NCBI GenBank assembly: GCA_964106645.2
Contig: OZ067043.1
Reading direction: 5' to 3' (one strand)
DNA length: 64,000 bases
DNA from: Podarcis pityusensis
Lineage: Eukaryota
Numbering within the stretch: the first letter of the stretch is position 1; every line of letters starts with the position of its first letter. Position numbers and translations under genes: made by a program. Below are positions 22,801-34,800 of this stretch, one piece after another. The notes beneath the pieces were generated by a model. That model saw only the letters and a list, made by a program, of their open reading frames with translations, did not search any database and was not told the DNA's origin.

Positions 22801-25800
22801 AAGGAGATAGAGGAGAGCAAATCAGAATGTTACAATAATGTTTATGAACAAAGAGGAAATGAGGCCACAGAGAGAAGTGGGCTCATTTTGAACTGCACTG
22901 GTGACCAAATTAAAAAAAAACATTTACATAATCTCTGCAGTCAGGTACCATCCGAAACAAGTCAAGCATCACCAAAACAAGCAGGTAGTCTGCAACCTCT
23001 CAGTGTTCCTTTTGGTGGTGCCCGACCCAAACAGCCTACAAATCTTAAACTACAAATTCCAAAGCCATTATCGGACCATTTACAAAATGATCTGGTTCCC
23101 CCAAACTGTGGAGGAAACAGTAAAAACAAAAATGATGTATCTGGAAAAGTAAAAGTAGGTGAAAACATAGCAAATGTATTTTCTGATGAAACATCACTGA
23201 GTGCATCAGTCACAGATATTGGCGGGGAGCATTCTGATGGTTATAAGTCTGGGGTTTCTAGTAGTTCGTGCCTTGCAGCAGCTTCAGATAGTCCGGACAA
23301 CGACCTTGGAGCTGGCCAGTTTGGAGTTCCTACAAGAAAGCCATTTACTACTTTGGGCGAAGTGGCTCCGGTCTGGGTTCCAGATTCTCAAGCACCAAAC
23401 TGCATGAAATGTGAGGCCAGATTTACATTCACTAAAAGGCGACACCATTGCAGAGCCTGTGGGAAGGTATGTTTATATTTAATGAAATATTTTCACAAAT
23501 GATTGAAGCCACAGAATTGAGGGGATATTTTTAGTAAGCATTTTGTAGTTTTTAGCAAATCAAGGTTAGATATCTATTTATTTTAATGGCTACTGAAAAT
23601 AACATGAGTGTTAAAGGTATTATTAATTGTTATTTTTGCGTCAAGCTAGAAAACAAGTGTACACCCCAAATAAATAACTTTTTGAATCTTATGGGGTCCC
23701 CCCCAGCACACTTTGTGATTAAGTACAGGCAGAAGCAGAGCTGCAGCACTAGGTTTCTGGCAGAGGTGTTGTTGCTGCAGCTTACTGGGAGGTAGTGGAG
23801 CAAGGTGACAGAGAGGTCAGTGTGGTGTGGCTCAACTGGCGGGAATGCCGGATTGGCTTTGCCAGTGTGGACGCACCACACCAACTTCTGTGATGCCTCA
23901 TACCTTGGCTTCCTCCTCCTGTTAAGTAGCAGCAGCAGCAGCCCAGCTGATGGGAATCTAGGGTGCTGCTCTGCCCCACTGGGTAAACCACTTTTCACTA
24001 TAGGCTGCTTGTCGTGGTGAGTGTGGCATCACATTCTGGCAAGAGTAATAAACAGCCAACCTTCACCCCAGCTTCCAAGCTGTGGGGTGGTCCATGATGA
24101 GAGGTTGGGAGGTGGTTTGGCAGCTGGTGAGCCTGGCCACGGAGACCAAATTGGCAACCCTTCTGCTGGCCTTTCCTACTCCGGATCAGAAAGGGTGAAA
24201 GCAGAGGGAGGGGGAAAGAGGTGTCTTCAGGCAGTGGCTGTTCCCTGACTTGCCTTTTCCTTTTTAAGTAGAGAGTTGTATGTAGTTCTCTAAAGGTGCT
24301 TGCCATGCTTTCAAGCCATTGCTGCAAGCAGTAAGCAATCTCTGCCCTGAATGTTTGATCAGCCAAAAATTAACTGATTTGCTTGTTATTTCATACATTT
24401 GTGGTATCACTATTACAATATAACACCACTCCAAATTCTTAGAAGATTCTAGGGTGGAGAGGGAATGTTGTGATAGCTAAAAATACATGATGTTGGTAAT
24501 GGGTAAAGCACTTCTCTGTACAAGTGCTTCTTATACAGGTTGGACCATTTTACAAGTGAATTTAGCACACATCAGTAGAAATAAGTCCACAAACAATATG
24601 TTCCCACAAAATCTTTATATCCCACCTGCCTTCATGTAACTAACTCGTTAGCAGATTTAGAGATGATGAAAAATATTTTCTGTCTGGTTGCCTGAAAGGA
24701 ATGCTGACTTAGCATAAGTGACCAAACAAAAAGTCATTCGTAAGCCTGGTTTTGTATCATGTTATCCGGTTTTCAGCTGAAAAAATACCAATATTTTGTT
24801 TTTTAAATATTCCTGAGAAATAAGTAAATGTGTGGCATTTAGGATTTCTGTGCTTTCATTTTAAATTGGATGTAAAATAAGCCTGATAGCTTGGGGCCTT
24901 ATAAAAATACAGACTTGAATATTGTTCTCAACTAAGACAAGGTAAAGTAGAATTAAGTGAATAAAAGATCTGTAATCAGCACAGCTGTGCATGGTGCTGT
25001 AGAAATGGAAGTGTTTTCTTTAGCAATTATCCATTTTATTTATCAAAGAAAGCACAGGGGCTTTTCTTTCAGTGGGATTCCTGCTTGTAGTAAAACTTTA
25101 GGCCTTTTTAAACCATTTAACTGTAATAGACACCTCTTTCTTCCCATTTGAAACTTGTTTTACACTGAGAGCCCCTTCAGGCTGGTGTTTTATCACAGGT
25201 TTATTCTGCAACGTATCCTTGGCACAATAATAGTGCAAAAGTGGTGGATTTATTTTGCTTAAATTTGTTCTGTGATGCTGCCCCAGTCCTGCCTCATTGT
25301 TGTTGTAACAACAACTGTGCAACAAAACCAGAACGTTTGCAGTATAAAAAGTAATAGGGTTTCAGCAGACAGTTACAGGATATGCACTGGTTGAAAATGA
25401 AGAAATGTGGCTGCCCCAAAACCTTTGCAGGTACAAACAGTATTGAAAGTGGGATTGCATGTCACTGCCCTGACAGCACCACTGTAGTTTATTGCTGTAT
25501 AAGAACCTCTCTCTCCCTTAATATTTCATGCTGATGCACAAATTGGTATAGGTAATAATCACTATAATACCCAACACTATGCTGATGTTTTCCTTTACAT
25601 GAAGCATTTTGGCATTGCTTTATTTACAGTTCATTTCCTCTGGGCAGCAGATTTTTCATTGACCTTGACTTTGTTTGAATAAGCATTACTGTATCCAGTG
25701 TGATACTCTTTTTCTCCAGTGAATAAGTTACATAAGAACTTGCACCTCACTGAATTCAACTTTAGCAAAGATTGTCCTGAACATGGGTTAAAAAAAGATA

Positions 25801-28800
25801 TAACAATTGATTTGGGGAGATCCTCTGTAGAGATTAGGCCAGTTTGTATTTTTCTTTCTCAGTGAGATAATGAGGGAAGAGACATCTTCTATACATGTTA
25901 CAAGAATTTTCAACAATTAATCTAAAGTTTTCATTTCTGTGAAAGGATTATTGTTAAATATTTGGTTTGTTTAATGTAGTTGGGATGTTTGGAATAGTAA
26001 ATTATGAATGAAAAGTTAATATTTCATTTCCCAGCTTAGGGCACTGATTTTTTTCATAAATTTAAATTTCCATCCTAGTCTACTGTTGAGCTGAATTTTC
26101 CAGCAACAACCCCTCCATGAGTGTAGAAATATAAAATATTGTATGTTTTTTTGGAGTGTGGAAAATTTCATTCAAAGTTGAGCGGCTGTTTAATTTTTCA
26201 TTAAATATATATTGTTAGATCACAGGAAGGAAAGAGTACAAGAACCTCATTAGAAATTGAAATGCTACTGTCTATGCAATATAAGGCAATAACTAATAGG
26301 ACAAAACCAGCCTTACTTCCTGAATTAAAACCAGGAGCTATTTTTGGTGCATTTTGACTATGCTTGATTATATTTGCTGTTTGATAAAGGTGAAGTAAAG
26401 CTTGGCCACTATGAAACTGTAAATGTTGACTGGCTAACTGTTTCAGTGTAGGTGCCGGGAGACCTCAACACAGAGTTGAGGGCAAGTGTGTTCAGACCTC
26501 TAATGACTTTATTTTATGAAGTGAGAAAGTGGCCAAGGTTATAAAGACTGTAAGATTCTGATATTCTGCATAGGATTATCACCTGCATACCACAATATTA
26601 ACTCAGACATTTCCTGTTTTCGGCATAATCAAATAATGTGAATAATGGGTGCCTCTAGTTTTATTATATCCCATTATGTTATATTCTGTCTTATCAATAT
26701 AAATCCCGTAACTCATTACAAGACAGGAATCTTGTACTAAGGTTGTTTTGGGTTGTTGTTGGGGGTTTTTTGGGGGGGGGTCATTCTAGCACTTTTCCTG
26801 TAGGATGAGGATAAAGCGGCACTGGTGAGTGTTGGCTATATAGGTACAGAATTCAATCTGAAAACTTGTAGTTATAAAAGAGTGCTAAGTGACTGAATAT
26901 ATTTTTCCTATTTTACTTAAGGTCTTCTGTGCAGCCTGCTGCAGTCTAAAATGCAAACTGCTATATATGGACAGAAAGGAAGCCAGAGTGTGTGTAATTT
27001 GCCATTCGGTCCTAATGAATGGTAAGTAACAGGGTAGGAACCAAATGTAAGTTCCACTAACATTGTGCTGTACAGAACCAACCATGTACATGAGTAGGAT
27101 AAATAATGTGGCCTAGTGCATTTTGTTTCCCTACTGGAAATTATTTCAATATGGATAATTATTTTCTAAAGTGATGTCCCAATCTAAAGCCTATCTGTAC
27201 TCATGAGCTATTTCAAAACTAACCTGTTTCCACAATTCCTGATTAATAGAAGAAACTAGGCAGGCTCAATGTTTGTGCATGGAGTTTGATTGATCTGGAT
27301 CCCATCAGAGCTTTAAATAGTGTCAGATGACTTGAACTCACTTTTCCAGGTAGAAATCCGTGCACCTCCTATACAAGTAGAGGTAGAGGTAGGTGTACGG
27401 TTTGTTGCGATTTAATCTTCTATCCCAAAACAGTGTTCCTGGTTGTGGAAACTCCTTTTGAGCACACAAAAACACAGTAAATCTTGCTTTCATGACTTAG
27501 AAGATGAGAGAGAATAAACGCTTGCAAGTGATTTATGTAAGGCAGTGATCTTGACAGTAGCTCCAGACATTTTGTGCCTCGTACATTACATTTTTGGTGC
27601 CTGAAAAGATGCCTGGCCTAAAAAGCTGAGTATATAAGCTCAGAAATGTCACTTCTTATCTGTCTCAAAAGGATTCTAAGAATTATGTTGTTAAAATTTG
27701 TACTGCGTTTTGACAATGAGCTACCGCAGTTTAAGTGCAGTGCTATTTAAAGCATTAAATATTAACATCTCTCCCTATAGGCTGATAGAAATGTGACAGG
27801 AAATGGTGGGTTTATTGCAACTATGAATTAAAAAGTAGTGACTAAAGTGACATTGATTTTTGAGGACAAGAAATATTATTCTCTGAGAAGAGGGGGGAGT
27901 TGCATAGGAAGCTGCATTATTTCAAGTCAGACAAGTGGTCTATCACACACCGTGTCATCTGATTGAGTAGCAGCAGCTCTGCAGGCCTTCAGGCAGGTGA
28001 CATTCCCAGTCCTTCTTGGAGATGGCAGTGACCGAACCTGGAACCTTCTGCTTACAGGGCAGATGCTTTACCACTGAGCTAAGCCCTTCTTAAGGATGCC
28101 CTGAGTGTATGTCGTGAAACACCCTTGCTTTTGTAACAAAGGTAGCTGACTCCATTCGGTTAAGGCATAATACTTTTGGGTTGTACTTGTGCAAGGTTGG
28201 AACCTGATATAGGTTCATTTGTATCTGAACACCTTTTGTTAACAAAGTCTAATAAAATTAATTGAGCTGTAATTTCCCTTCAGAAGCCTTTCCTTTCCAT
28301 TACTCATTAGTGATGGGAAAGAAAAGTATTTATAAGAGGGTCCACATTGCCTGTAGGTGCATGTATTTCTGTGCCTGGAACCAAGCTGCATCTATGTTCT
28401 ATGAAGTTGCAGTGGTAGGTGATGCTGCTGTTTTCCTGTTGTTTGTCAGTTAGTTACTTTGGTGTATTTGGGTACAGTACAACAAGTACTTCATCGTTCT
28501 TTGCTTCAGGAGGCTGAAGTAGTGATTGTTCAATTGGTGGCTGACTTGTGGGAATGTTGAAGTGGATGGGGTGGAATAGAGAAGTGTGGTGTTTGTGTTT
28601 TGGTGCTCATCTACTTACAGTCCCAGACATGTTCCTATTTTTTAAAAAAATCATTTCCAGACAATTCATAAAGATTGTAAAGGAAAGTTGGATAGTTGGA
28701 TGGGAATCCCTTTTACAGTGGTTATATTTTTTTCATACCACAGAGGCCCAAGAGGAGATAAGATCAGACTCTTGAACATGCCACCACCTTTTAGGTATCC

Positions 28801-31800
28801 TTTGAAGCTCTAGGCTGAGTCGGTATTTTGTAGTAAAAATATTTTTTCCAGTATTAATAATTTCAATAATCATATTTCTCAGTACACAACATTTGATGCT
28901 AAAGGTGCCAACTATTCAGTGGAATTCGTCTAATATTTTGAGATTCGTCTTTATTTTTGCTTTTTGACTTTGTTAAAGTTATAATCTAGTTCTGTGCTTT
29001 CCTGAGCATGGGGTACAGGGCTATTGGCATAAGTGGACAGCTCCACTATCTCTGCCAATCATCCAGAGGGCATCCAAGGAGCAGCCCTGTCCCAGTAGTG
29101 CTGATGAAAAAAACCAGTATGGATGTGAGCATGAAATATTTTAGAAAAGGCAGAGCTGTCTACATTGCCTCCTACAGATTGCTACTTCATCTTAGGGAGC
29201 AGAGGCAGATGTTTAGACCACACCTGGATAGGTTCAGGACTTATAGTTGCATAAATATATTTTCTGATGAAGGAAAAGAGTCATTAATCTGATATATCGC
29301 AAAGTTTAGGATTGCAGTGGTTGCATGATTTTTCTGGTGTACTGATTGCCTTTTTGTGTGTTTTGTGTTTCCTTAGCACAAGCCTGGGAGAACATGATGA
29401 GTGCCTCAAGCCAGAGCCCTAATCCTAACAATCCTGCTGAGTACTGTTCTACCATTCCTCCTTTACAGCAAGCACAGGCTTCTGGAGCTCTGAACTCTCC
29501 ACCACCTACTGTTATGGTACCTGTGGGAGTCCTAAAGCATCCAGGTGCAGAAGGTAGGGATCTTCTTTTCTTCTGCTTAGATTCCATCTCCCTACTCCCC
29601 CTCTTTATGAGAGTGGGTGGTCCCTGCCTGTTTGAAGGAGGCAGTGGTGAAACCACTCCTTAAAAAGCCTTCCTTGGATTCGAAAAACCTAGCTAACTAC
29701 CAGCCAGTTGCTAATCTCCCTTTCTTGAGCAAGGTTCTGGAGCAAGTGGTTGCAGACCAGATCCAGGCACTTTTGGAATAAATTGATTTTCTGAATCCAT
29801 TTCAATCAAGGTTTAAGCCCAGTTTTGGCACAGAAACTGCTTTGGTCACCCTGTATGATGACCTCTGCCATCATACAGAGTACTTCTGAATTCTAAGTGT
29901 GTTATCAAAATGCTGATTAGTGTTAATGCTGATTAGTATTATTTACTTGGGCTGCAATCCAAAGAAGTGACATGCACACATAAGGAAAAACTATTTGCAG
30001 AGCCTGAGCTTCATTTGTTGTTTCTGCTGTAGCAATTTTTCCTACCCAAGTGACTTGAATAAAAGACATGTATGTCAGTAGTTTATGTCAAGTTTCTCTT
30101 TGATACTACTTCATATAATTCCTAAACAGTGGTGCAAATCTGACCACTCAACCATCTCTGTTGCACTGTATACATTTTACAACCTTACCTGTTTTTACCT
30201 ATAAAGAGATTGTTGGCATATAGGGTCTTTCAGATGACCAGCACCTGTGATAGTTTGTGTAAATAACAGTAGAATCCCAATTCAATGGGATTTACTCAAA
30301 GGCAAGTGGGTATATGAAACACCCATGGCTGATGAGAAGAAGTATGGTCTGATAGTTACTCAGCACTCTAAAGCAGTTTATTTTCATCAAGTGAAAATCA
30401 AATGCCTATATCTACCTGTGTAAATGTCAATGTTTGAGAACTGCTCAAACTGGTTCTTTATTTGCATAGGAAAGCCTCCTTAACTCGATGTATCTGGTGG
30501 AGGTATTTATTCAGTTTAGAGATTAACTATAGGATCAAGATGCTTAGATCTAAATGATTGAATATTAATCTGGTTATCACTAAAGATAAAATTACTATTT
30601 ACAATGTTCTTTTTAAAAAATATCTTCAACTGCTGATGAAAAGACAAGCTGCCTTAAAAAACAACCACTATGGGAACTGTTGAACCAAAATCAGATTCTT
30701 CTTCTTTTGGTTGTGGCCTTGGATATATTCAAAATCCCTACCGCTGCTGTTTTTTAGTTTGTGTTTCAGTGTATTTCTGTATCTCAGTTAAAGCCAGCTA
30801 GCTTCACTTCTCTTTTCATGCATGCATTTCTTTTGATGAGTTGTTCCCATCTCTTTCTTAGTGGCTCAGCCCAGAGAACAAAGACGAGTTTGGTTTGCTG
30901 ATGGCATCTTACCCAATGGGGAAGTTGCTGATGCAGCCAAATTGGCAGTGGCTGGAACAACCTCCCCTGGAGCGCTAGCAGTGTCACATGATCCAAGCAA
31001 ACCCATGAGCAACACTACTTCACCCGTAGAGGTGAGGAAAAGCTCTGATTTTTGTTGTAATATGTTGGACATGTCTCTTGGTCAGAGGGTACAGGCAGAA
31101 GTAGCTTCCCTAGCAATGTATTTTTACATGAGAGCCTATAGTACAGATTGTTTTTTGTATCTTGTATTTTACAAAATGAAGAGTAAAATATGTCTAGTTA
31201 TGCATTTACATAGTGTTGTTGTTTACTGCTTCTTGTAGACTGAAAACACACTTGCATTTTCAAGAAGCATTACTCAGGTTGGAAGTCCAGTTGGCAGTGC
31301 GATGAATCTTATTCCAGAAGATGGGCTTCCTCCAATTCTTATTTCTACTGGGGTGAAAGGAGGTGAGAATTAAACTGTGGTGTGTCTGTTTTTGGGTTTA
31401 ATGAGTAACATTCCATCCTAGAGCAGTCCATATTGAAACCAAAGTCTTCTGGATCAAGGTCAAATAGTCTTGACTGTCAGTTGGCTGAATATTAACAGGC
31501 AAGGTCAGGCTTAATAAAATATCTGTTATCTCTAACACAAATGGGGATTATGTGTACATATAATCTTTCAGGTGTACTGAATAGTGATGGGAGTTCAAAA
31601 GGTTGACTTGGATGCATGTGAAATTGGAAGAAGGGATTGCCTTTCTAGGAAAGTACTAATTTCTGGGGTAGTCCTTCTCTGAGCTGGGCTAGAGGTTATC
31701 AGCACTATGGTGTGTGGTCACACCCACAGCAAGTACCTAATATCTGATCTCTTGGCATACTGCCAATTTTTCTTGGTCACATCTTTCATATCAATGTCAT

Positions 31801-34800
31801 GAAGTTTCTGCAATTTGAAGCAGTGGAGAATAATATCTATGTGTAGCTACTTGTTTGCAATAGATAAAACTAAATGATTGCCTGTGAAATAAGACTCTTC
31901 ATAAAATACTACCCCGAGTGGCAAGTACTATTTGTTTAATTATTTAAACAACTAAAACTGATCAGTTGATAAACTTAATAATTAAGAACCAATGACTATG
32001 GATATATTCCAGAATTATGGATATATTCCAAGTTATTTTTTTTGCAGTAAATTTTATATCTGACAAACACTTCATTCTGTCAAAAGTCCTGATGTTCAAA
32101 GTTTTTTAAAAAAGGAAAACTAGAAAGGATTCATGAATTTGTGTTTATGGGAATGCTTCACAATATAGCCTTTAAATATGATTTCATTAATGGATATTGT
32201 GTTGGGACACAACAACATATTGTAATTATATTATGGCACTGTAAACATAAGCAAATAAAAGCCACTTCCCAATATTCCATCATACTCTAGCATGGGCATG
32301 GAACAGAAGAAAGGCCAGGGCTATGCAGATAGAAGAAGGCTTGGTGATCGGTGGCTAGGGTCCGCAGTTATAGGGAGAAAAATTATATCTTACCCAGTGG
32401 TACCCCTGTGTGCATACCTTTAATATCTCCCATGGCAGTAAAGGATTCCCATTTGCTCCTTTCGGGGAAAATTAAGGACTTTGATTGAGGAGTGAGAACC
32501 TGCATTCTACCCCTCGTACTTAGTGGCTGAACTTCTATTGACAGGATCACACAGGAATGTATGTCCACATGCAAAGCACATAGTTATATTGTACCCCTGG
32601 CTTCCTTAGCATATATAAGCTGGTCTTCCCCATGGAAACCCCACCAATCCTTTTGATCATTCTGAGGGGCAGCCTGCATATATTTGCAATACACGACTGA
32701 GATGCCAAAGCTGGTTTATAACGGTTGTGTTTAATGCCATATACAGTGCTTGACATAGAGATGTGTTTTGTAGAAGCCCCAGGGTAGAAATCTTTTTTTT
32801 GTTCCACTATCAAATAAAGATTTACAAAGGTATTTATTATGGGTCTGTTAAACAAATGCTATTTTATTTTTTAAGAACAGGCAATAGTATTCAGTAATTG
32901 ATTTCACAGTAATACTTTCACTGTTATCTGAAAAATGCATGCTATCAGTAATACCTACAACAACAGTAGGTATTACTGATAGCATGCATTTTTCAGATGT
33001 TACCTAAACCCAATGAAATGTTGGGGGGAAATCTCATTTTTTAAAAATCCTCCACCCATCCATTTGAATAAGATGATAGACCACACAGTACTTAAATATG
33101 AGAGGTATGCTATTGCCAAATTGCATAAGACACTTGACAACCATCATTTGACAGCTACCTTTTTTGCTTTCAGATTATGCTGTAGAAGAAAAACCATCTC
33201 ATATATCAGTGATGCAGCAGTTGGAAGATGGTGGCCCTGACCCCCTTGTGTTTGTTTTAAATGCAAATTTGCTGTCCATGGTTAAAATTGTGAACTGTAA
33301 GTCCAGTTTATTTGGATGATGATAAAACAATCTTGCAATGAATCAGTTTTCTTTGCTTTGTAAAACATTTCCCTGTGAAAAACTTCTTGCATTGCAGAAA
33401 ATCACCTTCAAGTAACAGTAGTGAATTGTCTTTCTGGTCTGTGTCTTGGAAGTGATTGTGTGCCAAAGTCCAGGATATTTTTTTCTGAGACCCAATATAT
33501 GAATTCACATACTCATGCAGTGGGACTTCCCTTGCTCTTCTCTCCCCATTTGTCCCCTAAACCTGTTCTGAGGGTTCCTCGAAACGCTCCATAGCTGATT
33601 TTGGAAAGTACAGGTGGGAGAGGGGGAGAGAAGTCCTGTTGCGCAAGGTACCTCATTTCACGCATGATAGCAGCTTAGATGAATGCCTAGTTTAACCTAT
33701 GTGGTTAAACTAGAGGTGGCTAACCTTATTTGGTCTAAGGGCTTCATGTCAGTGGAGGGTGTTGTCAAAATGAACTTTGGTGTCCCCTAGCTTTGTGCCT
33801 CTCCCCGACCAAGCCTGTGCACACACAGGCAGGCACACAGATGCACACTGGCAGACACAAGCCATAACCCTGCCAATTTGAGGGATTCCTCCCCATTGCA
33901 GTGCTGTGCTGAGAGGAGAGACTTAAAATGTAAAGACTAGCAAATGCAGAGGTTGCCGTATTGGGTTAGAAACACAACCTTATAGTAACCAAGACTTTTA
34001 ACCTGCAGGTTGAATAGCTTGGGAAGGATTTTAATTGAGGAATGTGATATTGCAAGAAGGGTCTAACCCTGAATCACCCAGTACTGTTGTCTAAAATCTA
34101 CACACAACCCATACACAAAAACCATACATGGTTTTTATATATATAAATGAGATCCTGAGTCAGAGAGCTCTGTTGTGTTTAGTTTGGCCTTGGCAAATAA
34201 GCAGCCTACAGTAATGTCTGCATTAATTTTGCATTTACCGTGGTACCTCGTGTTATGGACAGGATCCATTCCGGAGGCACGTCCGTAACGTGAAATGACC
34301 GCAACTTGAAGCGCTGTGTTTGCGCAGGCGCGCGGCACAATTTGGCGCTTCTGCACATGTGTGAAACACGATTTAGCGCTTCTACGCAGGCGCGAGCAGC
34401 GAAACCCGGAAGTAACATGTTCTGGTACTTCCGCGTTGCCGCGGGACGTAACGCGAAAAGACGCAACATGAAGCGTACGCAATACTAGGTATGACTGTGC
34501 TCCATATGTTTATTTTTACAAACCCTCATTGTGCTTTCTCTTCTACAGATGTGAACAGGAAGTGCTGGTGCTTCACTACAAAAGGAATGCATGCCGTGGG
34601 CCAGTCAGAAATAGTAATTCTTCTCCAGTGCTTACCTGATGAGAAGTGTTTGCCGAAGGATATTTTCAACCACTTTGTGCAGCTTTATAGAGATGCTTTG
34701 GCAGGTGAGAGAACTGCCTATTTGAAAATTGTGATGACTTCTGACAGCTAAATTACTTGAATTATTAAGTCATCACAGTTGTATAGCTGTGCCTTCTAGA

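Noticed and set aside
22127-23407. Alternative-frame and antisense ORFs within exon 4
   Set aside because: Short shadows of the real coding frame with no recognisable motif.
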